Source: Octopus sinensis | Lineage: Eukaryota | Direction: 5' to 3' | DNA length: 64,000 bases | Assembly: GCF_006345805.1 (NCBI RefSeq) | Contig: NC_043007.1 | Coordinates: 74,896,001 to 74,960,000, forward strand | Shown here: piece by piece, positions 1-12,755 of the stretch | How the letters are laid out: every line of letters begins with the position of its first letter | Position numbering within the stretch: the stretch's first letter is position 1 | The notes under the pieces: generated by a model | Told to the model about the DNA's origin: nothing | Databases searched by the model: none | Seen by the model: only the letters and a program-made list of their open reading frames with translations | Made by a program: the position numbers and the translations under genes

Positions 1-457
1 AATCAATAGAATAGAATATCTATTGAATATCTATTGAAAGAACATACACATGTACAGGGTACAATGAGTAAATTGTCACTTCGTTTCTATCTATTTTAAT
101 ATTTTATATCTACACTTTATTTCTATCAGTGTGAACTCTAATTGTCAGCAGGAATCTTATTGTTGGATGTGTACATAACACTAGACTGGTAGATAAGAGC
201 ATTGCTATATTGCATTCTATGTTTGAAACCACTCCAGTACTGTGTACATGTTTCAAATAAGACACTTGGTGACAATTGGAAATCAAATCAACATAAACAT
301 GTGTAAATGTAAATCTTAAAGTATTTTCTTCCCTAAACAAGTTAATAGTCAGAAAAATTATCATATTAACAATATCTCATCTCAAGTGTATAGACAGTTA
401 AGTAGTGTGTCACTGGTTAATTCACTTTCTATTTTGGAAATGTCAAAATACATTTAA

Positions 458-1013
458 CTTTTCAGCATTTAAACCAACCAAATCAGGCCCAAATATTCTA
501 CTTGTTTCATGCTGAAATTGGTGAGATCCAGTTTCTCACATCTACTCTACAAAGTCATTTTAAAAATAAACATTCACATTATTGAAATCTCAAAGCTATG
601 AAATAACACCTGATTAATTCAAAACAATGTGAAATAAATAAGCATTATTTTTCAACAGAATGTGCATGGCTTAGTGGTTAGGGCATTCAGCTCACGATTG
701 TAAAGTCGTGAGTTCAATTCCTGACAACGCATTGTGTCCTTGAGCAAGACACTTTATTTCACGTTACTCTAGTCCACTCAGCTGGCAAAAATGAGTTGTA
801 CCTGTATTTCAAAGGGCTGGCCTTGTCACACTCTGTGTCATGCTGAATCTCCCTGAGAACTACGTTAAGGGTACACGTGTCTGTGGATTGCTCAGTCACT
901 TGCACGTTAATTTCACGAGCAGGCTGTTCCATTGATTATATCAGCTGGGACCCTCGTCGTCGTAACCTACGGAGTGCTCCTATATTCAACAGAATAATCT
1001 GAATGTGGAAAGA
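458..1013. mobile_element. piggyBac-like (TTAA) MITE, degenerate, interrupted by a SINE
   Basis: Body matches the intact copy at 50119-50339; TTAA at 454-457 and 1014-1017. Confidence 0.6.
662..984 (+). mobile_element. tRNA-headed SINE with 11-bp target-site duplication
   Basis: A/B-box-like head (tggcttagtggttagg...gagttcaattcc); TTCAACAGAAT at 651-661 and 985-995. Confidence 0.8.
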
Positions 1014-1454
1014 TTAATCTACCCAAAATTATTATATAGAAGTCCCATCAAATTACCTTGCTGTCTTTATTCTTGTACACCCAACTATTTATTTTTGTTG
1101 TAGCATCTCAAGTTACTCAACAGATCTAAATTTTAATGAGCCCAATTAATAGAAGTTAACAATAACTTCAGAACTCTCCATGACCAACACACACATAAAT
1201 CTAATAAACCTGTAAAAGGTTTCTATGGAAGATACAGTTTTACTGCTGCAAACACAGTTCCATTGGCAAGCTGTCTGTACTGCCAATATACTTCAATAAT
1301 AGATTGTGTGATAGTGCAAATCCTTCCACTGCCAAGCAAATAAAATCCAAAGATAACAACTTTAAATTCCACATTTTGCATTTACACCAAAGCTAATAGT
1401 TTGCTGTCTGTGATACATTTTTTTTATAACATTTCCAAAACTTGATATTTTTAG

Positions 1455-1558
1455 GTCAGAGATGATGCAAGGAAAAAACATCCCTGTCTCTGTACTTTTG
1501 AACAACTGCCAATGTCTGAGAAAAAATATGATATTACGCTGGCTTTTGAAACATTAAG
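1455..1558 (+). CDS. RyR: RyR exon (RY repeat 1): VRDDARKKHPCLCTFEQLPMSEKKYDITLAFETL
   Basis: tttttag acceptor, ag|gtgatt donor, phase 0 to 2. Confidence 0.93.
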
Positions 1559-1697
1559 GTGATTAAATACACATATTTTTTTGCTTATTATCTGTGATAT
1601 TTAACATAAACTGCTTTTTAGTTGAAAATAATATTATCTTGTAACTGAATACAATACTATAAAATCTTACAAATCTAAGTAAACATATTCTTTATTA

Positions 1698-1745
<48 letters not shown>

Positions 1746-1749
1746 CCAT

Positions 1750-2060
1750 TAAGGTGGCAAGGTGGCAGAATTGTTAGCATATCGGGCAAAATGCTTAGTA
1801 GCGTTTCATCTGTCTTTATGTTCTGAGATCAAATTCTGCTATTGTCGACTTTGCCTTTCATCCTTTTGAGATCAATAAGTTTTAGAATAAGGGGTAAGTC
1901 GAGTATATCAGCCCTAGAGCTCAACTGGTATTTATTTTATCAACCTCTAAAGGATGAAAATCAAAGTCAATCTTGGTGGCATTTGAACTCAGAGTGTAAA
2001 GACAGGATGAAATACCACTTAGCATTTTGTCCTGCATGCTAATGAATCCTCCATCTCACT
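1750..2060. mobile_element. Two oppositely oriented copies of the abundant 'ggcagaa...gcaaaatgcttag' SINE
   Basis: Plus copy about 1750-1905 and minus copy about 1910-2060; the family recurs many times in the window. Boundaries approximate. Confidence 0.65.
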
Positions 2061-2550
2061 ACCTTTAATTATAATACAATAACTTAATTTAAATAATTAA
2101 TTTACTGTGTTCCACAACCATTGATGGAATTGTAGGGCTTTATTCTTATCTTGTATACACAACTGAGACTGGATTAAATTAAAATAGTCGTTTATGTATT
2201 GTACTTAATATGTATATACTATCAACAGTAAGGCTCCAAAAGAGCAAAATGTCTCCTGACATTCTCACTGTCCACTGTAGGACAAATCTTCATTTCCTTG
2301 TTTTTAACACTGCATGTCCATAAGAGATGTTATCTTGGGACAAGTATGGCCATAACTGGCCTATCAACAGTGTATATACATTAAATACAATTCATAGATG
2401 CCTATTTTTATATTTCTATTAAGTCTATTTGAAATAGTTTAAAGAAGACATAATTTAAAACTGTTCCTTTTGTTGAAGTTTTTTCTAAGGAATGCTCCGA
2501 TATTATTTCTTATATTACTTTATAATTGATTTCCCTGTTTCCATTTTCAG

Positions 2551-2634
2551 AACATTGTTAGCCTTGGGGTATCATATCAGCATCCAACATAAAAAAGAAT
2601 CAAGCAGGCTGAAGATGGTAAAACTTGGATCCTA
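2551..2634 (+). CDS. RyR: RyR exon: TLLALGYHISIQHKKESSRLKMVKLGS
   Basis: ttttcag acceptor, gtaagt donor, phase 2 to 2. Confidence 0.93.
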
Positions 2635-3319
2635 GTAAGTAAATGACTAATATATTATTGTATATTATTGTATATGTTATCAATTTAACACAAACAATAC
2701 CTGACTTCAAATAGAAAAGGAAAAAGAAAAAGAAATTCCTACACAATGTAGGCTTTGTTATTTTAGAGAATCATTCCTGCCATGAATTAAGATTTTATTT
2801 TAAGTAGCAATTCAAATATTTAAATACTGTTTGCTTCAATAATATCCACTTTGTTTAGGATGTTCATTGCTATAGAAGTGCTTCAAATCTGGATTTTCTC
2901 AATCTGCTTAAACATAAATAGTTTGAGAAGTAAGTTTCGGAAAATGATATTAGGTAATGGAAGAATAAGAATTTTCATTTTTGTATCATACATAAGAAAC
3001 CCCACAACAAATTAAGAAAGATTTGAGTAAAATTGAGATTAAAACAATAGATGCAGGCAGCATATGAACACAAGCTGCGGCTGTGTGGTTGAGAAGTTTG
3101 CTATCAAACCATGGGGTCTCAAGTTCAACCTCACAGCATGCTACCTTAGGCAAGTGTCTTTTACTAAACCCCCAGGCTGACCAAAGCCTTGTGAGTGAAT
3201 TTGGGAGATAGAAATTAAAAGAAGCCTGTTGTATAGTCCTCCAGATCATAACAGAAATTTAAGACTGGTTACCCACCTTTAAAACCCCCATTTTATTAAA
3301 AATTATTTTTATTTTTCAG

Positions 3320-3479
3320 TTATTTGCAAGGTAATGGATACAAGCCCTGCCCACTGGATTTAAATACAATCCATTTGAATGAAAAGATGGAAGAACTAGT
3401 TGATCTTCTTGCTGAAAACACTCATAATGTTTGGGCAAAAGATCGCATTAAACAAGGCTGGACATATGGACTTTGTGAG
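3320..3479 (+). CDS. RyR: RyR exon (RY repeat 2): [14 protein letters not shown]...[24 protein letters not shown]
   Basis: tttttcag acceptor, gag|gtacta donor, phase 2 to 0. Confidence 0.95.
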
Positions 3480-3591
3480 GTACTATATATTGACATTAAA
3501 ATATATATGTATGCATGTGTGTGCATGTGTGTGTGTGTCTGTGCATGTGTGCATGTGCTTGTGCATACACACAAATGAATATATATATATA

Positions 3592-3945
3592 GGAGGCACA
3601 TGGCCTAGTGGTTAGAGCAGCGGAGTCGCGGTTGAGGGATCGCGTGTTTGAATCTCTGACCAGGTGATGTGTGTTTATGAGCGAAACACATAAGCTTCAC
3701 ACAGCTCCGGCAGAAGGTAATGGCGAACTTCTGCTGACTCTTTCGCCACAACTTTCTCTCACTCTTTCCTCCTGCATCTTGCAGCTCACCTGCGACAGAC
3801 CAGTGTCCCATCCAGGTGGGGAACCTATACACCAAGGAAACCGGGAAACTGGCCCTGGGAGCCAGGCATGGCTTGAGAAGGAACAAACAATATATATGGA
3901 TTTCAAAGCTATTCACCTGACGACATGGGAGCTGCTGGATCATAT
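3592..3945 (+). mobile_element. tRNA-headed SINE
   Basis: ggcacatggcctagtggttagagcagcgg head; related to copies at about 47880 and 53450. Confidence 0.75.
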
Positions 3946-4338
3946 TTATTTATATAACATTTTATGTAGTAGTATGATATGGAAAACTCAGCAACTGACT
4001 GTTGTTACCATTGCAGAGAAACAATTGTTGTGATTTGTAATTAAGGCCTGTTCATTCCATCTTCTTGTTTTATATATATATAATAAAAATATGAGGGAAT
4101 ATTATTCCAAACTTACTGGGAAAAATTCAATTTAGAAATACAAAATCAAATTTCACAAATATAATATAATATATATATATATATAAATTAGAAAAAAAAC
4201 ACCTTTTATCAATTCAATAATGAAAAATTTAATTATGCCATTTAGAAAAATTACATATTATAGGAAGATTAAATATAGGATAAAACATATAACAATGATA
4301 AAGTTATGTGCAACATAGTAAATAAAACACACACACAC

Positions 4339-4415
<77 letters not shown>

Positions 4416-5041
4416 TGCATGTCTTTTTCAAGATGCCTAGAGTTGCAACAAATATCATGAGAAAGTAATGGTATATTTTTACTATTTAAATTAGTTTCTC
4501 TTTACTCACCACTTTACTAGAATAGGTCACAGATATCAGAGGAAAATCTGTTCAATGAATAGTTCAGTAGAAGTTTTCAACTGCAGACTTATATGTGTGT
4601 TACATACCACTGATGATTTGGGTAGAATGAGACAATTGGGGTGGGGAAACGGTTGTGGGGAAACAGATTATTTTTTTCTTTGGATAACATCAGGTAATAG
4701 AGAGTTGGAGATTTTGGAAATTTCTGGCCTTCCATAAAAACACCTTACATAGGCATACCCCTTGAAAAAGAACTTTCCAGATGCAGATATATAATCAAAC
4801 CTACTGACAGAAGGCTTAAACATGTGTGCATGCACACACACACGCATGCACACACACATGCACACACACACACACACACATACACACACACACACACACA
4901 CACTACATGCATATGCACAAATATATATATAAAAGAATGAGGGAAAGAGAGAGAGAGTGAGTGTGTGAGACATTTCAATTTATTAATTGAATATGGTTGA
5001 CATTAACACATTTTATACCTTTTGTCATTGTTTTTTCACAG

Positions 5042-5207
5042 GATAATGTCAACAAACGAAGTCCATACCTTGTACCTTACAGCAAAGTTGATGAGCATAT
5101 CAAGAAAGCAAATCGTGATACAGCCAGTGAGACTGTCAAGACGTTAATGGCCTATGGTTACATTCTGGAACCACCAACAAATGAAGGGGGTGACGGAGGA
5201 TCACAAG
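5042..5207 (+). CDS. RyR: RyR exon: [16 protein letters not shown]...[12 protein letters not shown]
   Basis: ttttcacag acceptor, g|gtattt donor, phase 0 to 1. Confidence 0.93.
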
Positions 5208-6910
5208 GTATTTATTCTGCACCACCATCAAGTTATATTGACCACTAACATTGATTGATTAGTTCAGCTCTATCAAAGAATTAATAATCATATGTTAGAA
5301 TGGTATTGTATGCAATTTATGTACTCTGTTCAGGTGCTTGAGTATAGTAACTTCATTATGATTATCAATATCCTATTCATCAGGTTTACTTTCAGTAGTT
5401 TTTCTCTGCATCTGTTCTGTTACAGCCTTGAGCCCACCAAAACCTTGTGAGTGGATTTTGCAGACAGAAATTGAAAGAATCCCATAATGTAATTGTTTGT
5501 GTGTGTGTACGTGTGTGTACATGTATATGTGTATACATGTGTGTGTAAATGTATGTGTATGTGCATGTATGTGTGTGTACACATGTGTATGTGCACGTAT
5601 GTGTGTATGTGCTCTTGTCTTTATACTATGGTTGTAAACAAGCATGACAGTCTACATTTGATGTTGTTTGTGAAAAACATGTCTGGCCATGGAGAAATAT
5701 TACTTTGCTTGGAAACAGGTGAAGGTTGGTGATGACAGGAAGGGCATCTGGCTGTAGAAAACATTCTTCAACAAATCCTTTCTGACCCTTGTAGGCATGG
5801 GAAAGTGAATGTTAAATGGTGATGATGTTCAACCTTGCTACAGTGGATTCTACAGTGGTCTGCTTAGAAGTCCATTTTATTCAGCAAACTTTCATGTATC
5901 CTGACCCTAATGCCTTCACTACTAGTTCAACTTCTACTGTTATTGATGCTTAGCCCAGATCAACTTTGACTGAGTAGTCATAAGGTCAAAGGTGTTCTAA
6001 CTGTGATTATCCTGTATTTCTGCAGAACTAGGTCAACATTTCCTAATGTGCTCACGCATTTTTAAGAAGGCAAGGAAAGATTTGAAGAAATTCAGTTGCT
6101 ACTTTTAGCAGGGAAAGCAACCACATAAAGATTCTCTCACTGACTCATACTGATTCTGTTAATGTTTGTTGTTATGTTTCTGGTAATAATATTTTGTATG
6201 AGCTCTTGGTTAAGCTCTTTACCACTAGATGTCCTTCTTGTTATCATCCTTTGTGACATACTCATGTTGATAATGTAAAGCTTATGTCACTTTTCAGCTG
6301 AAATTAATTTATTTGAAGATAACCTCCTTGAGACCAAAAATCTCTCAATATTTTTATAATGTTTTTCAAATCAATCTGCCTGAAACTGCATTTCTTTCTG
6401 TAATATAAATTTCTTGCTTCAAAATTATTGGAATTAAAACTTTTCATCAAAGCATATATTCATTTATGCTCCAAACACCAGCTTGATTATAACAGTTACT
6501 TTACAAACCTAATTATTTTCAAACTTATCTGTAACAAAGGCAGTATGGTTTTACAGAAATATGATAACAAAAAGACTTAATTATTCAAACAAGCCAAGTC
6601 ATATGAGTACAGATATAGGCTTTACTTAAGAATGTAAATAATAACATCTTGATTCACTAAAAATGATTCATTTGTAAATCTTATGGGAAGCATTGGTATC
6701 TTTCATGTTTCCTATCATTTGGCTGTAGTTTCACTTTCTTTAGTACTTTAGTTGCTGCTTTTAGTGGGGAAGGTGACCACATAAACATTGCCTCACTGGC
6801 TCATGCTACCAAAACACTTCTAATCAATTTTTTTTTTTTCATTATACTTTTTTTATTATTATTTCTTTACTTTTCTATCACATGTTTATCAATTTTTTCT
6901 TTTCTTTTAG

Positions 6911-6992
6911 TGACACAGACAATAGCTGAAAAGAAATCTACATCAAGAACATACAGAGCAGAACTTACTTATGCAATTTCACATGGCAAGTG
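6911..6992 (+). CDS. RyR: RyR exon (start of SPRY2): TQTIAEKKSTSRTYRAELTYAISHGKW
   Basis: cttttag acceptor, gtgagt donor, phase 1 to 2. Confidence 0.92.
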
Positions 6993-7119
6993 GTGAGTAA
7001 ATCTTCAAACATTAGCTTAATTTTTTTCCATTTATCATAGCTTGTTAATTGGAATATTGTAATTCAATTAATCTAATAGATATGACTGCAGTCCAAAGTG
7101 CTACTGTAAAAATCCTAGT

Positions 7120-7410
7120 AACTGCCATTTTTAATGGCAACTTCTTGGTTGAGGTAGCTGTTTATAGGGCAAAGATCCAGACTGATAATAGTCCTACACA
7201 TAAAGCAGAGCCACAGAAAGCAACTTCAAGGCAAGATTTTATCTACACAAAAATTCCTTTAACTGCCTGGTAAAAAGATCAACAAGTTTATCAAAATATG
7301 TATGGCAATTGTACCACTCCCTTCAAAATCCAATGGTTTCTCTTGGAAAAGGCAAACCCATATGGGTATGGAACATGTTGCCTTCTATAAACATCTGTTA
7401 TAGATAAGTT
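7120..7410 (+). mobile_element. Penelope-like element GIY-YIG endonuclease remnant (frameshifted)
   Basis: NGNFLVEVAVYRAKI / SNFKARFYLHKNSF...STSLSKYVWQL / PFKIQWFLLEKANPY read across frameshifts. Confidence 0.7.
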
Positions 7411-8151
7411 TTTTATCCTGTTTCAAGACAAATCCCACAAACCATAAATCTGAACTACTGAACTGTTGTAAATATTTTTCCAATTTTCTGACCTCAAGGC
7501 CTTTGCTACCTAACAGTTAATACATAAACATTGCTACTTCTCACTGTTACACATCTTATTTTTATCATCATAACTTTGAATATGTTGGATGTAATCCTGA
7601 ACTAGGATTGTTTCCTTCCAACCAGCTCTGTGCATGTAGACTTGGAAGATGAGAACTGAGTTAAATCATTTATGCTAGTGGAGTACTTTCCAGAATATTA
7701 TTAATATTAACCAAAAGGGGTATTTCCAGAAAGTTATTTTTGCTAACTAAAAGAAAGACGTTGTGAGAACAAATTTGCATGTGATTTGCTTGTTACATGA
7801 CCAACAAAAATTTAACCAGTGCTGTGAGTATTAATAACATAAGTGGAGAATTTTCCATGAGCATTTAATGTTTAAATTCCATTATTAGAGCATCAAATAT
7901 AAGTTAGAAATAGCAAAAGGACCACATGTTCTTAAGAACTACTAGAGATGATTAACAGATCTATTTCTGATCCTTCCATAAATTTGAAATTTTTTCCAAT
8001 TTATATCAAATTTCCAAAAGTTGCTTGTTCTTTTCTGAGTATTTTGCTGGAATAGATAATTGGATATGTCCATTTTCTGGATTTATAATGAAAACAATTA
8101 TTAATCACATTTGAATTAAATGTGTCAACAACATCTGTTTACTTTATCTAG

Positions 8152-8272
8152 GTACTATGAGTTTGAAGTAATCACTCCTGGCTATATGCGACTTGGATGG
8201 GCCAAGGCTTCCTTTGATCCTGGGTGTGAATTGGGAACTGATGGCTTATCCTACGGTTTTGATGGCTTTTTG
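8152..8272 (+). CDS. RyR: RyR exon (SPRY2): YYEFEVITPGYMRLGWAK...SYGFDGFL
   Basis: atctag acceptor, gtaaga donor, phase 2 to 0. Confidence 0.95.
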
Positions 8273-8559
8273 GTAAGAAATCGAATTATTTTAATAAATT
8301 ATACTAGATTTTCTATCAGTGAGAAAAAGATAGTCTATGTGTAAAAGAAAGATTAAGAGAGAGGGAGGCAGAGAAAGAGGAAGAGGAAGAAAGAGTGGAA
8401 GAGAAAGAAAATGAGAGATGATGGATGGAAAAAGTAATTTTATAATAAAATAAATTTGAGTATTATCATATTACAACAAAGATTGTGCATTCAGGGAGGA
8501 ATAAGTATTTTCAATTGATTGGTTTGGTTAGAAGGAGTTATGTCTCTATAGGCCACATG

Positions 8560-8960
8560 TTGTATGAAACTGGTTGAGATTGGTGGTGCTAATATTCCTC
8601 TTCAATATCTTCAATAATTACAAGTTGATGATATCAAGGAAAAAATATGAGCAAGGTGGGAATTGTAGAGATCTAATGATCTGAGAAGGAAGGTCTGAAT
8701 GTAGGGACTAGTGTTGGAGCTAGGGAAGTGACACAAAATGGGTTATGTAAGATGCAGAAAGACGAGTAACTTAGAAGTTACTTGAATTATGCAGACATGA
8801 GAACAAGAAACCCTAAAGGGCAGAGGCTAGTATAGTAGTGATAGGAAAGGCAGAGAGAAGAGACACAGTATGTCTGTGGGGAAGAGGTTGGTATGTGTTG
8901 ACTAGGGACCTCACCAGTGAATCAAGGATGGGGGTGTGACAATGCATGGAACTAGTAATC
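8560..8960 (-). mobile_element. L2/CR1-group LINE 3' remnant, highly decayed
   Basis: Minus-strand fragments (H..VSLL, HPFCV, NISTTNL-like) resemble L2 ORF2 C-terminus; boundaries approximate. Confidence 0.45.
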
Positions 8961-9631
8961 TGAGGGCTGATAGAAACAGTGTGATACAAATTTCAATGTT
9001 CCAAAATATTGATAATAAATGACTTGGAGATCAATCGATCAGAATTTAGTAGCTATCAAACAGAACAATTCACCAGAATAGTGGAACAGGGGGCCATAAA
9101 AATAAATAGGGAGCATGATAAAAATAAGCATGATAAAGGGATTTAATTGATTAAACAAATGTATCATCCTTACAAATAGCCTTTAACATGATGTGTTGTT
9201 AAGGGACAACTACAGAAGCAATTCTTGCTATTAATTCTTGGCTCAAAAGAAAACAATTACAACGAGATGCTATCAATGAAGATAATCCTTCTTTGCTGTG
9301 ATTATGCAAGTAGTAATTACTAGTTTCAAGTTTTGGCACAAGGCTAGCAATTCCGGTGGTTTTAAGTCAATTATATTTAAGTCAATTATATTAAGTCAAT
9401 TATATTGATTCCCATTTCCACTCAGAAAGGATGAAAGTTGACCTCAGTAGGTTTTGAAATCAAGACATAAAAGGTGGATGAAATGCCGCTAAGCATTTTC
9501 CTAATGTGCTAATGATTTTACCAGCTCACCTAATGATATGCAGGTAATAATTATTGTGAATATCTTAGATAATAATAACATAAATTTGAATAACCTAATT
9601 GGTTAAACATTTTTTTTTTCACTTTATAAAG

Positions 9632-9728
9632 GCAAGAAAATGGTTCCAAGGTTCTGAACCTTATGGGAAATGTTGGCAAGCAGGAGATGTTATTGGTTGC
9701 ATGTTAGATCTTAATGATTTTATCATAA
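9632..9728 (+). CDS. RyR: RyR exon (SPRY2): ARKWFQGSEPYGKCWQAGDVIGCMLDLNDFII
   Basis: T-rich tract then aag acceptor, gtaagt donor, phase 0 to 1. Confidence 0.93.
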
Positions 9729-9810
9729 GTAAGTAAAGATATTTTGTGTATTTTAAATGATTATCTTTCATTCCTATTTACTTAATGCTTTATTTTACTT
9801 TACATTCATA

Positions 9811-10259
9811 CTAGCTGTATAGCCCGGCGTTGCTCGGGTTTGTTTTTTAGTTGTGCTTAAAACAGCAGACTGTGATGTCGCATTAACAAAGTTTTGACAT
9901 AGTTAAATCTTTTTTGAAAAGTAAAAATTCTGCATTATGTAGCTTGTTATTCTCTTTAAGTGAACATTTTTCTGGTTGAAATACACCAAAAAATGGCGAC
10001 ACAGCAGTCAAAAAATCATAAAAAATAGGGATTTTCATAGAAAAAAAGCATCTTTTTGAGGTAAATAATTTTTGGTCTTAACATGGTCCAATTTGAATTT
10101 TTTCTTCTACGAAAGGAAGAGCAAGCCTTCTTCTATCATACTCTTAATTGTGATCAACTTGTGCTGCAGGGACTTGGAGGAGATAGTGTTAGTTGAAGGC
10201 TACCAAACCTGCGACACACACACACATACACACAGACAACTTCAGCTTTATATGTATGA
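9811..10259 (-). mobile_element. Non-autonomous Helitron
   Basis: Minus strand ends CCCGAGCAACGCCGGG hairpin + 8 nt + CTAG|T; starts TCATACATATAAAGCTGAAG then (TG)n. Confidence 0.8.
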
Positions 10260-10311
10260 ATTAAAACAAGTCAAAGTGTGTTTTAATGGATTTTCTTATT
10301 TTAATTTTCAG

Positions 10312-10389
10312 CATTCTCCTTAAATGGTGAATTAATGATGGACGCCTTAGGCCAAGAGATAGCTTTCCGGGATATCGAAACAAATGAAG
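10312..10389 (+). CDS. RyR: RyR exon (SPRY2): FSLNGELMMDALGQEIAFRDIETNE
   Basis: ttttcag acceptor, g|gtaact donor, phase 1 to 1. Confidence 0.93.
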
Positions 10390-10612
10390 GTAACTATTTT
10401 CAAAATCAAATGAAATATGACAAATCTTTCAAACTGCAAAAATAATTTAGTGTTATTAAACTTCTTCCTTGTTTCTGAATTTTAAACTTCATACTTCTAA
10501 TCCCACCAAATATTGTGAAGAAACTATTATTTCCCTTCTGCTAACTGGCCACCAAAAGATACCATGTGTTTTTTCCTTTTATTTTTATAACCACCCGATG
10601 TTTTCTTTCTAG

Positions 10613-10671
10613 GTTATGTACCTGCTTTCACCCTTGGTGCTCACCAACAAGCCAGAGTCAGTTTTGGGCAG
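10613..10671 (+). CDS. RyR: RyR exon (SPRY2): YVPAFTLGAHQQARVSFGQ
   Basis: ctttctag acceptor, cag|gtaagt donor, phase 1 to 0. Confidence 0.93.
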
Positions 10672-11349
10672 GTAAGTAATCAAATTAAATTTTGTGGTGG
10701 GGAGGAGGTATTAATTCTCTCTTTCAATTTATATTCATAATTAGCTTAGTTCTAAAATATATATCACTAAAATGATAATAAAAAATAGGGTTATGCAGAC
10801 ACACACACAAGGCTGGAGTCTTTGAAATACTGATACTACTCATTTTTACCAGCTGAGTGGACTGGAGCAATGTGAAATAAAGTATCTTGCTGAAGAACAC
10901 AACTCACCACCAGGAATTGAACTCATGACCCTACAATCATGAGCCAAATATCCCTAGCCACTAAGTCACACGCCTTCACTGTACTAATAAGGAGATAAGC
11001 AAAAGCAGTACATGTTGGTCATTGTGTTTTTAATATGTAAGGGTAAACTACATTCTCCTTCCCTCCCTCTGCTTTCTCCTTCCCCCTCCTATTTCACATT
11101 CCCCCTCCTCTTTCTCTTTCCCTCCTTATTTCTCTCTCTCTCTCTCACTCAAATGAAACAAATACTCCTGAAAAACAGACAAAATTCCGAGTTGTTCTTA
11201 AGCTTCTTATGCTGAGAGAGACCTTTCATTTGATCCCTGGAGGCCTGTTATTTGTAAAGCAAGGTAAAGTGTATGCTATGTTCTGAATTCAAATACTGCC
11301 TGTGTTGACATTGTCATTTATCCTTTTAGGGTCGATAAAATAAGTATCA

Positions 11350-11690
11350 GTTAAACTCTGGGGGGGTCAATGTATTTCTTTATTGCCCACAGGGGGCTAA
11401 ACATAGAGGGGGCAAACAAGGACAGACAAGGGTGTTAAGTCGATTACATCGACCCTCAGTGCATAACTGGTACTCATTTATTCAACCCCGAAAGGATGAA
11501 AGGCAAAGTCGACCTCGGCAGAATTTGAACTCAGAACGTAGCGGCAGACGAAATACCGCTAAGCATTTCGCCTGGCATGCTACCATTTCTGCCAGCTCGC
11601 TGCCATTTCTGGTGGTAGTGGGGTCAATGTAATCGACTTACCCCCTCTCCCAAATCACTGGCCTTGTGCCAAATGTTTAAACCAATTAAA
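11350..11690 (-). mobile_element. SINE (ggcagaa family)
   Basis: ggatgaaaggcaaagtcgacctcggcagaatttgaactcagaacg is the reverse complement of the 33560-33790 copy. Confidence 0.75.
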
Positions 11691-11896
11691 TTTAAACATG
11701 TAAATTTATATAAACTCATCCACAAACATGCTGCATCAGTATCATAATTAACAATATTGACTACATAAATTTCTTTACAATTTAGTCATCTAAATAAAAC
11801 TTTTATTTTTTTAATTAATTGAATATTAAAATACTTATTGGTTATTAATTATATATATTGTATCTCTAATTTAAATTTTCTGTTCTTTATTTGTAG

Positions 11897-11961
11897 GACA
11901 TCAATAAGCTGAAATATTTTACTTGCTATGGTCTCCAGGAAGGTTATGAACCATTCTGTGT
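11897..11961 (+). CDS. RyR: RyR exon: DINKLKYFTCYGLQEGYEPFCV
   Basis: ttgtag acceptor, gtatgt donor, phase 0 to 2; GLQEGYEPF hallmark. Confidence 0.94.
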
Positions 11962-12189
11962 GTATGTATATCTTTTATCATTATCTCTAAGTGTATTAGA
12001 AGTGATATATTTAGTGAAAGCCAATGAATAGTATTTAGTTTAATGCTTCCCATTTCCAGTTCAAATTTCATCCAGATCACCATTTCTTCAAGTCATTTCG
12101 GAGGTGATAAAATACCAATATATTTTGGTTCTTATTCCATTGATTTCAAACATTCACTTGCAGAGAAGTGATTGGGGATTATATACTTA

Positions 12190-12755
12190 TGAAGCTTCAG
12201 CTTTCTAGAGGAGAAAATATGCAAATTAATATTTATGTCGAAATCAAACTCGATTGTGAAGACTTGTTGAAGCACATGAAATCGAAATCAAACTCGGTGA
12301 CTGGCATCCGTTGCTAGTGGAGTGCTAAGAGTACCATATGAGTGAGATCATTGCCAGAGCAACAAGCTGGTCTTCATGCCGATGGCACATTAAACGCACC
12401 ATTCGAGTGTGATCATTACCACATCGCCTTACTAGCACTTGTACTGGTGGCATGTGAAAAAAAAAAAAATTTGAGCGAGGTCGTTGCCAGTCCCGCTGGA
12501 CTGGCTCCTGTGCAGGTGGCACATAAAAAGCACCATTTGAGCGTGGCCGTTGCCAGTACCAACTGGCCCTCATGCCGGTGGCATGTAAAAGCAACCCGCT
12601 ACACTCTCGGAATGGTTGGCATTAGGAAGGGCATCTAGCTGTAGAAACTCTGCCAGATCAGATTGGAATCTGGTTCACTAGACCTCAGTCAAATCGTCCA
12701 ACCCATGCTAGCATGGAAAGCGGACGTTAAATGATGATGATGATGATGATGATGA
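12190..12755 (+). mobile_element. Retroposon with (GAT)n tail (similar copies about 35300-35930 and 57030-57500)
   Basis: Shared gagcgaggtcgttgccagt...gtagaaactctgccagatca...cggacgttaaatgatgatgat. Confidence 0.7.

Noticed and set aside
662-740. tRNA-like sequences (also at 3592, 15645, 53450, 55432, 61870)
   Set aside because: They are SINE heads continuing into shared SINE bodies, with no complete cloverleaf.
1-1454. An additional upstream RyR exon (LAEN.HE.W region)
   Set aside because: No matching frame found; that exon must lie before the window.
8273-10311. A duplicate of exon 9632-9728, as mutually exclusive SPRY2 exons are reported for insect RyRs
   Set aside because: I found no second W..GD[VI][VI]G-type exon in either flanking intron; they contain LINE, SINE and Helitron remnants.
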